Shown one piece after another: positions 30,747-39,226 of a DNA stretch of 64,000 bases (positions are counted from its first letter, which is position 1; each line of letters starts with the position of its first letter). The position numbers and the translations under genes were made by a program. The notes beneath the pieces are model-generated. The model ran no database searches, had not been told where the DNA came from, and saw only the letters and a program-made list of their open reading frames with translations. Source of the stretch: Vicinamibacterales bacterium (GTDB lineage: Bacteria; Acidobacteriota; Vicinamibacteria; Vicinamibacterales; G965250185); the NCBI GenBank assembly GCA_965250185.1, contig OZ252293.1, positions 1,607,862-1,671,861 of the forward strand, given 5' to 3'.

Positions 30747-31936
30747 ATCCCCGTGTCCTGAACGTGCTGCGTGTAGCCCTTCCCGTCGGTGTCATCGTCG
30801 TGGCGGCCCTGACGGCCAGCTCGATGATCGCGCTCCGGCCCGAGGCCGAGACGCTCGTCCCCGAGGTGTCCTTGCCGCAGGTCCGCGTCGTGGATGTCCA
30901 GCCGGCCGACCTGCGGCTGACCGTGACCAGCCAGGGGACGGTGACGCCCCGGAACGAGAGCCAGCTGGTCCCCGAGGTCGCCGGCCGCGTGATCTGGGTG
31001 TCGCCGTCGCTCGTGTCCGGAGGTTTCTTCGAGGCGGGTGAGGCTCTCGTGCGGATCGACACTCACGATTACGAGCAGGCCATCGTGCGGGCCGAGGGCG
31101 ACGTGGCCACGGCGCGGCTGCGCCTGGCCCAGGAGACGGCGGAGGCCAAGGTCGCGAGCAGGGAGTGGGACGAACTCGGCAAGGGCGACCCGACGTCGCT
31201 GACCCTGCGCGAGCCGCAGCTGGCCGACGCACGCGCCGCGCTCGCGGCGGCAGAGGCCAACCTGGAGACGGCCGCGCGCAACCTCGAGAGGACGCAGGTG
31301 CGGGCGCCGTACGCGGGTCGTGTCCGCCAGAAGCAGGTCGACATTGGCCAGTTCGTCTCGACCGGGACGCCGATCGCCACGGTCTACTCGGTCGACGTCG
31401 CCGAGATCAGGCTTCCCCTTCCGGACGAGGAACTGGCGTACCTGGATCTGCCGCTCGACTACCGTGGCGTGCGCCGTTCCGGGTCCGGGCCGGCGGTGAC
31501 GATTCGCGCGAGCTTCGCTGGCCGCCTCTTCGAGTGGGAGGGACGCATCGTGCGGACCGAGGGTGAGATCGATCCCGCGACCCGGATGGTGCACGTCGTT
31601 GCCGAAGTGCGGAATCCGTATGGTCGTGGCAAGGACCCCGACCGGCCGCCACTGGCGGTCGGCACGTACGTCGAGGCCGAGATCGTTGGCCGCGTGGCCG
31701 AGGGCATCGCCGAGCTGCCACGCGCGGCGCTCCGGGGACGTGACCAGGTGATCGTCGTCGACGCATCGGATCAGCTCCAGTTCCGCACGGTGGACCTGCT
31801 GCGCGCCACGAGTGAGTCGATCCTCGTGCGGGGTGGCCTCGAGTCGGGTGAGCGCGTGTGCCTCTCGCCGCTCGAGACGGCGACGGACGGGATGCAGGTA
31901 AGGGTGGTCGGCGCGACGACGGAGGATGCGTCATGA
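30743..31936 (+). CDS. RND efflux periplasmic adaptor (MFP)
   Basis: Has an N-terminal TM, a coiled-coil hairpin 'AEANLETAARNLERTQVRAPYAGRV' and a beta-barrel C-terminus. It makes ATGA overlaps with both neighbours. Confidence 0.85.
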   Translation: MNPRVLNVLRVALPVGVIVVAALTASSMIALRPEAETLVPEVSLPQVRVVDVQPADLRLTVTSQGTVTPRNESQLVPEVAGRVIWVSPSLVSGGFFEAGEALVRIDTHDYEQAIVRAEGDVATARLRLAQETAEAKVASREWDELGKGDPTSLTLREPQLADARAALAAAEANLETAARNLERTQVRAPYAGRVRQKQVDIGQFVSTGTPIATVYSVDVAEIRLPLPDEELAYLDLPLDYRGVRRSGSGPAVTIRASFAGRLFEWEGRIVRTEGEIDPATRMVHVVAEVRNPYGRGKDPDRPPLAVGTYVEAEIVGRVAEGIAELPRAALRGRDQVIVVDASDQLQFRTVDLLRATSESILVRGGLESGERVCLSPLETATDGMQVRVVGATTEDAS

Positions 31937-32499
31937 AGGGCCCCATCGCCTGGTTCGCCAGGAACCCGGTCGCCGCCAACCTCCTGATGGTCGTGATCCT
32001 CTTCGGCGGGTTCCTGACCACGATGCGCGCCAAGCCGGAAGTCTTCCCCGAGTTCTCGCTCGACATGATCACGGTGTCGGTCTCGTATCTCGGGGCGGCG
32101 CCCGAGGAGGTCGAGGAGGCGGTCAACGTTCGGATCGAGGAGGCCATCCAGGGCATCGACGGGATCGAGCAGATCACGTCGACGGCTTCCGAAGGCAGCG
32201 GCACGGTGTCGATCGAGCTGGAGACGGGCGCCGATCTCAGCAAGGTGGTCGACGACGTCAAGGCGCGTGTGGATGCGATCGAGACCTTCCCCGTGGAGAC
32301 CGAGAAGCCGCTGGTCCAGGAGGTCACCAATCGCCGTCAGGTGATCAATCTGGCCCTTCACGGGCAGGTCGACGAGCGTACCTTGAAGGCGCTGGCTGAG
32401 CGGACGCGCGACGAGATCTCCGCCATTCCCGGGATCACACAGGTCGAGGTTGCCAACGCCCGCCCCTACGAGATCTCGATCGAGATCTCCGAGAGCTAA
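31933..32499 (+). CDS. RND (AcrB-family) permease, N-terminal fragment ending at in-frame TAA
   Basis: 'MKGPIAWFARNPVAANLLMVVILFGG' is RND TM1, and the first porter subdomain follows. The fragment stops at TAA 32497-32499 in the middle of the conserved domain. Confidence 0.8.
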   Translation: MKGPIAWFARNPVAANLLMVVILFGGFLTTMRAKPEVFPEFSLDMITVSVSYLGAAPEEVEEAVNVRIEEAIQGIDGIEQITSTASEGSGTVSIELETGADLSKVVDDVKARVDAIETFPVETEKPLVQEVTNRRQVINLALHGQVDERTLKALAERTRDEISAIPGITQVEVANARPYEISIEISES

Positions 32500-35169
32500 A
32501 TGCGCCGGCATGGCCTGACGTTCGACCAGGTGGCCAACGCCGTGCGCCGGTCGTCACTCGATCTGCCCGGCGGATCGGTCAAGACGGTTGGCGGAGAGTT
32601 TCTGCTGCGAACGAAGGGGCAGGCCTACCGAGGTGAAGAGTTCGAGCAGCTTGTCCTGCTGACGAGCCCTGAAGGCACGCACGTGCGCCTCGGCGACATT
32701 GCGCGTGTCGTCGATGGCTTCGCCGAAACCGACCAGTTTTCGAGGTTTCAGAACGAGCCGGCGCTCATCATCGAGGTGTTTCGGACCGGGGACCAGGGTG
32801 CGCTCGACGTTGCTCGGCTCGTGACCGACTACGTCGAGGAGGCGAGGCCGAGGATGCCGGCGGGCGTCTCGCTGACGACCTGGAACGACTCGTCGCTCAT
32901 CTTGCGGGACCGCCTGGACTTGCTCGTCCGGAACGGCATCACCGGCTTCGTTCTGGTCTTCATCGTCCTGGCGCTGTTCCTGCACTTCAAGCTCGCATTC
33001 TGGGTGAGTCTCGGGATTCCGATCTCCTTCCTTGGCGCGATCTGGATGCTCCCTGTCTTCGACGTCACGATCAACATGATGTCGCTCTTCGCGTTCATCG
33101 TCGTGCTCGGGATCGTGGTCGACGACGCCATCATCGTGGGCGAGAACGTGTACGCGCATCAGGAGAGGCACGGCAACGGTGTGCGGGCCGCCGTCGAGGG
33201 TACGCAGGAGGTTGCCGTGCCGGTCGTCTTTGCGGTCCTGACGACGGTGGCGGCGTTTGCGCCGATGATGCTGGTCGAAGGGATCTTCGGGAAGATCATG
33301 GCGGTGATCCCGCTCGTGGTGATTCCCGTGCTGCTGTTCTCGGTCATCGAGTCCCAGCTCATTCTGCCCACGCACCTCTCGCACACCGCACACGATCCGG
33401 ACGACGCGGAACCCGGGTTTGGCGGCCGGATCCTGGATCGCATCGGCGACGGGCTGCACTGGTTCATCCACCACGTGTACCGGCCCGGCCTCGAGTTCGG
33501 TCTCCGCTGGCGCTACCTGACGATCGCGGTCGGCGTGGCGTCGCTGATCGTCACGGCGGGGCTCGTGGGTGGCGGTTGGGTGCGTTTCGTCTTCATGCCG
33601 CCGGTCGAGGCCGATGCCATCTCGGTCTCGCTCACCATGCCGCAGGGAACGCCGGTCGACGTGACGTCGAGCGCCGTCCGGCAGATCGAGATGGCCGCCG
33701 AGCGTGTGCGCGCCGAGGTCGAGGAAGCGACGGGCCAGGACGTCGTCAACTACGTCTACGCGACGGTCGGCAAGACGCCCAGTGGTGTGGGTGGCGGGGG
33801 ACCCGGCGGCGGTGGCCAGTCAGCGAGCGCCTCGAACCTGGGTGGCGTGTTCATCGAGTTGTCCGGCGCCGAGCAGCGACCGGTCGGCAGCACCGAGCTG
33901 GCGAACCGCTGGCGTGAAGCGATCGGCGCGATTCCCGACGCCGTGGAGGTGAAGTTCAACTCGTCGCTCTTCAGCGCGGGCGATCCGATCTACGTGCAGC
34001 TGACGGGCACCGACATCGACGAACTGCGGAACGCCGCCACGACGCTCAAGGAGCGACTGGCGCAGTATGCCGGGGTCTACGACATCACCGACTCGTTCCG
34101 TGAAGGCAAGCAGGAACTTAAGCTCGGGATCAAGCCGGCGGCCGAGACGCTCGGCCTGTCGCTGCAGGACCTGGCGCGCCAGGTCCGGCAGGCCTTCTAC
34201 GGCGAAGAGGCCCAGCGCATCCAGCGCGGCCGCGACGACGTGCGCGTCATGGTCCGGTATCCGGAATCTGCCAGACGCTCGCTGGGCGACCTCGAAGGCA
34301 TGCGAATCCGGACGCCGGACGGCCAGGAGGTGCCCTTCTCCCAGGTGGCCGTGGTCGAGCCTGGCCGCGGGTTCGCGTCCATCAAGCGGGTCGACCGACG
34401 CCGCGAGGTCAGCGTCACCGCCGACCTCGACGCCAGCCAGACGACGGCCGGCCAGGTGATCGCCGATCTCGAGACGAACGTGCTACCGGAGATCCTGGCG
34501 AGTCACCCCGGCGTGCTGTACTCGTTCGAGGGCGAGCAGTCGGAGCAGCGGGATGCGATGGGCGGGCTGTACCTGGGGTTCGCGATTGCGATGCTCGTCA
34601 TTTACGCGCTGCTGGCCGTGCCGTTGAAGTCCTACATCCAGCCGTTCGTGATCATGTCGGCGATCCCGTTCGGGTTCGTTGGCGCGACGTGGGGCCACGT
34701 GGTCATGGGGCTCGACCTCAGCCTGCTGTCGATGTTCGGACTCGTGGCCCTCACCGGGGTCGTGGTCAACGACAGTCTCGTGCTGGTGGACTTCATCAAC
34801 CGTCACCGGGCCGAGGGTGGCACGGTCCTCGAGGCCGTCGGCAAGGCTGGAACCGACCGATTCCGTGCGATCCTGCTGACCTCCCTCACGACGTTCTTCG
34901 GCTTGTTCCCGTTGATCATGGAGACGAGCCGCCAGGCGCAGTTCCTCATTCCGATGGCAGTGTCGCTGGCCTTCGGCGTCGTGTTCTCGACGTTCATCAC
35001 CCTGATGATCGTGCCGTCGCTCTACCTGATCGCCGAGGACTTCAAACATGCCGCCGCGCGGCTCTGGGATCTGGCGACCGCCCGGCCGCAGCCGGAACCT
35101 GAGGTGGAGAAGGGCACCGCCGCGGCGCCCGCGTTCAGCACGACGTCGTTGCAGGACGAGGCAGTGTGA
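32500..35169 (+). CDS. RND (AcrB-family) permease, remaining 889 aa, same frame as 31933..32499
   Basis: ATG immediately follows the TAA. It continues 'RRHGLTFDQVANAVRRSSLDLPGGSVKT' and covers the rest of the periplasmic domains plus TM2-12. Confidence 0.85.
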   Translation: MRRHGLTFDQVANAVRRSSLDLPGGSVKTVGGEFLLRTKGQAYRGEEFEQLVLLTSPEGTHVRLGDIARVVDGFAETDQFSRFQNEPALIIEVFRTGDQGALDVARLVTDYVEEARPRMPAGVSLTTWNDSSLILRDRLDLLVRNGITGFVLVFIVLALFLHFKLAFWVSLGIPISFLGAIWMLPVFDVTINMMSLFAFIVVLGIVVDDAIIVGENVYAHQERHGNGVRAAVEGTQEVAVPVVFAVLTTVAAFAPMMLVEGIFGKIMAVIPLVVIPVLLFSVIESQLILPTHLSHTAHDPDDAEPGFGGRILDRIGDGLHWFIHHVYRPGLEFGLRWRYLTIAVGVASLIVTAGLVGGGWVRFVFMPPVEADAISVSLTMPQGTPVDVTSSAVRQIEMAAERVRAEVEEATGQDVVNYVYATVGKTPSGVGGGGPGGGGQSASASNLGGVFIELSGAEQRPVGSTELANRWREAIGAIPDAVEVKFNSSLFSAGDPIYVQLTGTDIDELRNAATTLKERLAQYAGVYDITDSFREGKQELKLGIKPAAETLGLSLQDLARQVRQAFYGEEAQRIQRGRDDVRVMVRYPESARRSLGDLEGMRIRTPDGQEVPFSQVAVVEPGRGFASIKRVDRRREVSVTADLDASQTTAGQVIADLETNVLPEILASHPGVLYSFEGEQSEQRDAMGGLYLGFAIAMLVIYALLAVPLKSYIQPFVIMSAIPFGFVGATWGHVVMGLDLSLLSMFGLVALTGVVVNDSLVLVDFINRHRAEGGTVLEAVGKAGTDRFRAILLTSLTTFFGLFPLIMETSRQAQFLIPMAVSLAFGVVFSTFITLMIVPSLYLIAEDFKHAAARLWDLATARPQPEPEVEKGTAAAPAFSTTSLQDEAV

Positions 35170-35173
35170 GGGG

Positions 35174-35231
35174 GGCTCAGGGCTCAGGGCGCAGGGCGCA
35201 GGGCGCGGGGCGCGGGGCGCAGGGCGCAGGG
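35174..35231. repeat. GGGCNCA heptamer array (8 units), G-quadruplex-type spacing
   Basis: Reads ggctcag ggctcag ggcgcag ggcgcag ggcgcgg ggcgcgg ggcgcag ggcgcag gg. It begins 5 nt after the RND stop. Confidence 0.9.
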
Positions 35232-35285
35232 ATTGCACGCTGGTCGCAGATCGTACGTAGGGCTGGGGCCTCAGCCCGTGCCGGA

Positions 35286-35310
35286 CCCACCAATCACCAC
35301 CCACCACTCT
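35286..35310. repeat. CACCAAT-type array containing complement of GGTGGGTGGTGATTGGTGGG
   Basis: cccaccaatcaccacccacc (35286-35305) is the exact reverse complement of 702-721. It abuts the stop of DUF4159 paralogue 3. Confidence 0.85.
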
Positions 35311-36185
35311 CAATGGCTCATCGCGTACACGATGAAGTTGACGCCGAGCTCGAAGGCGAACGTCGAGTACTTGAGGGGGTAGTAGGGGTGGTCGGCCCAT
35401 TCCCAGGCGTCACCCAGGTCGGTGTTCCAGTTGATCCCGACCATCAGGCGTCCGGAGTCGTCGAAGATGCCGCGGGCCGCGGCGGTGTAGCCGTCCTGTT
35501 CGTGGGTCGGGCCGCCGTAGACGCCTCGATTGACCTCCGGGACCTGCACGATCTCCTGGATGTCGTAGACCATGTGGAAGATCGGGTGGTCGAGCGGGAG
35601 GTCGACGATGGGTCGGCCGGGCAGTAGCCGCTGCATCTCTTGTTCGAAGTTCGACCACTGCCACGATCCCCAGAAGTCGTCGATCATGAGGAACCCGCCG
35701 GCCTCCAGGTAGCTGCGCAGCCCCTCGATCTCGGCCTCGGTCATCGCCATGTCGCCGACCTCCAGAGCGTAGAGGAACGGAAAGCGACGCAGTGCCGGGT
35801 CGTCGAGCCGTACGGCGTTCTCCATCTCGTACGCGTCGATGTCGATGAGTCTCGTCAGGACGGTCAGGAACTGCCGGTCGGCCTTCGGATAGTCCGTGGC
35901 CCAGCGCGGCCGCCTGAAGCGGCGGCCGGCGCTACTGTAGACGGCACGCGTGAAGTAGAACTCTCGCGGCCCGGCCGGATGACGCAGCGAGGGAGCGTCC
36001 CAGCTGAAGCGGGCGGGCGCATTGGGCGACACCGTGACGGTCAGGCCCGGACCCCGAATCTGGGCTGTCGTGAAGGCGCCGGCCAGGGCCACGCACCCGG
36101 CCGCCAGCAGCCAGGCCAGGCGCCGTGACCGGAAGCGTCGGGCGACAGCGGGGGCAGCAGATTGAGTCATGCCGTCACGTGTCAC
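35310..36185 (-). CDS. DUF4159 domain protein (paralogue 3)
   Basis: Contains 'DDFWG', 'DHPIFH' and the C-terminal 'VYAMSH', with a signal peptide. The start is GTG 36185 or ATG 36170. Confidence 0.75.
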   Translation of the reverse strand: MTRDGMTQSAAPAVARRFRSRRLAWLLAAGCVALAGAFTTAQIRGPGLTVTVSPNAPARFSWDAPSLRHPAGPREFYFTRAVYSSAGRRFRRPRWATDYPKADRQFLTVLTRLIDIDAYEMENAVRLDDPALRRFPFLYALEVGDMAMTEAEIEGLRSYLEAGGFLMIDDFWGSWQWSNFEQEMQRLLPGRPIVDLPLDHPIFHMVYDIQEIVQVPEVNRGVYGGPTHEQDGYTAAARGIFDDSGRLMVGINWNTDLGDAWEWADHPYYPLKYSTFAFELGVNFIVYAMSH

Positions 36186-36204
36186 GTCGTCATGTCGTCA
36201 TGTC
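36173..36204. repeat. GTCACGT / CGTCATGT short tandem repeats
   Basis: Reads gtcacgt gtcacgt cgtcatgt cgtcatgt. It spans the start region of DUF4159-3 and the gap to the M14 stop. Confidence 0.8.
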
Positions 36205-36212
36205 GGATGGAA

Positions 36213-38876
36213 TTATCGCACGGGAACCGTGGTGCGTTCGCTCTCCTCGTCGCTCGACGGCGCGTCCGTCAGGACGCTGTAATGCAAGGTGTTGAACAGC
36301 ATCTTGAAGGTCGCATGCGGCTGGGCTCGCTGTTGAACGCCGAACCCGAAGAGGATGACGCGACCCTCCCCGACCGGCACGTCCACGACGGCGGCCTTGC
36401 CGGCCAGATGCTCCTCGCCCTCGATCCAGCCACTCAGCAGAATCGACGACTCGGCGTACGTCGCGACGATGCGCGGCTGGTTTGCGCCGAGCTGCGCCTC
36501 GACGTCGAACGCCGGGCTCGACTGGAAGACGGCGATCGACTGGTCCGGCATGCCGTAAGCCACCGGGTGTTCCGTGTCGACCCGCGTACGCAGGATCGAG
36601 CCGGGACAGAAGAACTCCTCGGGCGGCAGATCGGCGAGCACGTTCCGTACGGGCAGGTCGAGGCGATCGATCGCGAAGATCGTGGAGGCGCCGAGTGCCA
36701 CCAGCGTGCCGCCACGCTCGACGAACTCTCTGAGATGCGTGACGCCGTCGAGCCCGATCCCCCCGGCGTACTCGGGTGCCGTCGAGCCCGGCTCGTTGCC
36801 CTCCACGATGCTCTCGGCCGCGTTTCTGATCGATGGCAGGACGATGACGTCGAGACGCTGGGCGAGATCGCCCGCACGCAGCTCTGCGTCGGTCAGCGTC
36901 ACGAACGGAATTTCATGTTGTTCAAAGAGCCATCGGGTCCAGCCCTCGTCCATGGAGGCGGTCCACGGTTTGTACAGGCCGACTCGGGGTGTGCGAAGGT
37001 CGGTCAGCAGTCCGGCGTCCGGCAGCTGACGCAGCGAGAGTGCCGGTACGCCCAGCTGCTCGATCGTGTCGACCAGGTCCCCGCGCCCGTCCGAGTCGAG
37101 CGAGACGATGAAGGCGCCGGTCGGAATTGCGGCGCTCTCCACTGACGTCGGTGCCGTCGTTCGTTGCACGGTTCCGCCGTTCGCCAGGATCCGGTTGACC
37201 GCGAGGAACGAATCGTTGACCGATGCGGGCAACGCGAGGGCTACCGCGCCGTCGGTCGGAAGGCGGGTGGGCTCTCGCGTCGCGGAGACGACGGCGGTGC
37301 CGTCGAACTCGAACGTGCGCTGGACCGGGACCGTCGCGACCCCCATCTGGAGCGGGAGCGTCCAGCCGGAGACGTCGTACGGGCGCTCGAGCGGTCCGCC
37401 GGGATACAGCCGCCGGGCCGGGTAGCTCTGCGACTCGAGGAGAGTTTTCGCGTACGCGCGATACGGCTGTGCCATCGAAATGACATGGGAGCCGGCGGCG
37501 TACCGGCGTCCATCGGCTTCGAACGGCCGACGTGCCCGCGAGATCTCGACGCCTCCGAGTCGGAGGATGTCGACCATCTTCGCGGCCGTCAGTGGGTCGC
37601 GCTGCTCGGCCGGGATCACGAAGGCGAAGGGTGGCTCGGTCCGGCCCTTGTGCACCTGGTTACGCCCCATCCGGTAGAAATTGTGCAGCAGCTCCTCGCG
37701 AAACTTGGCGGCCGCGTCCAGCAGCGCCACCGCCGCGTGGAAGTCGTAGTCGACGATGTCCCGCAGCCGCCAGCTGCCGCCGTCCCACGGATTGGGGAAG
37801 TTCTGCTGGATGCCGTACTCGGCCAGGCCCTTCGCTGTCCCCCGAAGCTCGTCGCGCGCCACGGTTATGGGTGTCGCCAGCCGGACGCTCGCCACTTCGG
37901 TCAGGAGACAGACGGTGTTGTGACCGAGCGGACCGGAGTCCTCGTAGCCGGGGAAGTAATAGTCGTACATGGCGTTCGTGATGACGCCCGGGAGGCCCTG
38001 CGCCTCGAGCTCGGTCGCCATCGCGTGCCCGAGGAGTCCGGCCTGTCGCCAGATCAGCGGTTCGTAATTGGGATCGATGGGCTCGTAGTTCGGCGGCACG
38101 AACATCCGTGGGCCCCTGGGGCCCATCTGGTGCATGGTGAGGAAGACTTGCGGCCGCCAGTCCTCGTAGAACACCTTCGCCAGCAGACGATTCTCTTGCT
38201 GGTTCAGCATGAAGAAGTCGCGATTGATGTCGTGGCCCACGTACTTGTTATAGAGCCACGGCATGCCCGTTCCTTCCCACGGCTGGTCGAGTGTCGACCG
38301 GTACCAGTCGACCACCAGGTCCATGCCGTCGGGGTTGAGCGACGGCATCAGCAGGAAGATGACGTTGTCGAGGATTCGCCGCGTTCGGATCGAGTCGTCC
38401 GTGGCGAGGAAATGGACGAGCTCGGGCGCCATCTGCGCCGCCCCGACCTCGGTGGCGTGGATGCTGGCACCGATCGCGACGATGACCTTACCGTCGCGGG
38501 CCAGAGCGGCCGCCGTGGCGTCGTCCGTGCGTCTCGGATCCGATAGCTGGCGGACGATGTCCTGGTACCGATCGAGTTCCGCGATATTCTCGGGGGATGA
38601 CACCACCAGCCCGACGAATCGCCTGCCCATCGTCGTCTGACCGATGTCGATGACCTGGGCCCGGTCGGACGCGTCAGCCAGATCGTCGAGGTAGCCGGTG
38701 ACCTGATCCCAGTCCACCAGCTGGCGGTCGGCGCCCACCGGGAAGCCGAAGGCGTCCTCGGGCGTCGGCAGCGGTCGCTGCGCCGCCGCACCGGTGGTTA
38801 CTGCCAAGAGCGCGACGCCGCAGGACGCGAGCGTCCAGGTCCACCCTTTGCTGCTGCGCGGTGCGTTGGGCTGCAC
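36213..38876 (-). CDS. M14 family metallocarboxypeptidase with C-terminal GATase1-like domain
   Basis: Has a signal peptide. 'ASIHATEVGAAQM' and 'NPDG' carry the zinc-ligand motifs. The long C-terminus 'VIVLPS...GGTLVALG' matches the large acidobacterial-type M14 proteins. Confidence 0.8.
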   Translation of the reverse strand: MQPNAPRSSKGWTWTLASCGVALLAVTTGAAAQRPLPTPEDAFGFPVGADRQLVDWDQVTGYLDDLADASDRAQVIDIGQTTMGRRFVGLVVSSPENIAELDRYQDIVRQLSDPRRTDDATAAALARDGKVIVAIGASIHATEVGAAQMAPELVHFLATDDSIRTRRILDNVIFLLMPSLNPDGMDLVVDWYRSTLDQPWEGTGMPWLYNKYVGHDINRDFFMLNQQENRLLAKVFYEDWRPQVFLTMHQMGPRGPRMFVPPNYEPIDPNYEPLIWRQAGLLGHAMATELEAQGLPGVITNAMYDYYFPGYEDSGPLGHNTVCLLTEVASVRLATPITVARDELRGTAKGLAEYGIQQNFPNPWDGGSWRLRDIVDYDFHAAVALLDAAAKFREELLHNFYRMGRNQVHKGRTEPPFAFVIPAEQRDPLTAAKMVDILRLGGVEISRARRPFEADGRRYAAGSHVISMAQPYRAYAKTLLESQSYPARRLYPGGPLERPYDVSGWTLPLQMGVATVPVQRTFEFDGTAVVSATREPTRLPTDGAVALALPASVNDSFLAVNRILANGGTVQRTTAPTSVESAAIPTGAFIVSLDSDGRGDLVDTIEQLGVPALSLRQLPDAGLLTDLRTPRVGLYKPWTASMDEGWTRWLFEQHEIPFVTLTDAELRAGDLAQRLDVIVLPSIRNAAESIVEGNEPGSTAPEYAGGIGLDGVTHLREFVERGGTLVALGASTIFAIDRLDLPVRNVLADLPPEEFFCPGSILRTRVDTEHPVAYGMPDQSIAVFQSSPAFDVEAQLGANQPRIVATYAESSILLSGWIEGEEHLAGKAAVVDVPVGEGRVILFGFGVQQRAQPHATFKMLFNTLHYSVLTDAPSSDEESERTTVPVR

Positions 38877-39031
38877 GACGTTCCCTCCACGGGTGTCGGA
38901 CCCGAGCCACTTGCCTCCGACTCGGTGTCCTCGTGTGCGAGCATCATATCAATCCTTCATGCCTTCATGAGGCGTGGTCCGGATGATGGAGCTACAATGG
39001 GGCCCATTTACGTGGACTTGGAGGTAGCAGC

Positions 39032-39217
39032 GTGATCAGACCAGCAGGGATGCTTTCGCTCGCGATGACCGCCGTCGCGATGCTCGCGGCCCCGGCGGCT
39101 GGCCAGCAGGCGGGTCAGCCGGCCAGCGACGTGTTGATGCAGTTCGACATCTGGGGCAACCCGACACCGCGGGGAGGTGTCACGAACAACGGTCCGAATT
39201 CGCACTCGGTGTGGTGA
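39032..39217 (+). CDS. Signal peptide and first half-blade of the NHL-repeat protein, ending at in-frame TGA
   Basis: GTG start with RBS ggagg. 'MLSLAMTAVAMLAAPAAGQQ' is the signal peptide. It is in the same frame as 39227..42859, separated by TGA 39215-39217 plus three codons. Confidence 0.55.
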   Translation: MIRPAGMLSLAMTAVAMLAAPAAGQQAGQPASDVLMQFDIWGNPTPRGGVTNNGPNSHSVW

Positions 39218-39226
39218 CCGGGATCG

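Noticed and set aside
39215-39217. TGA as selenocysteine or a reassigned codon
   Set aside because: I see no convincing SECIS-like hairpin downstream, only a 4-bp GATC...GATC pairing. No sel genes are in the window. Many well-supported genes here terminate with TGA, for example lysW, lysX, lysY, MFP and MoxR. It is kept only as a minor alternative in the finding.
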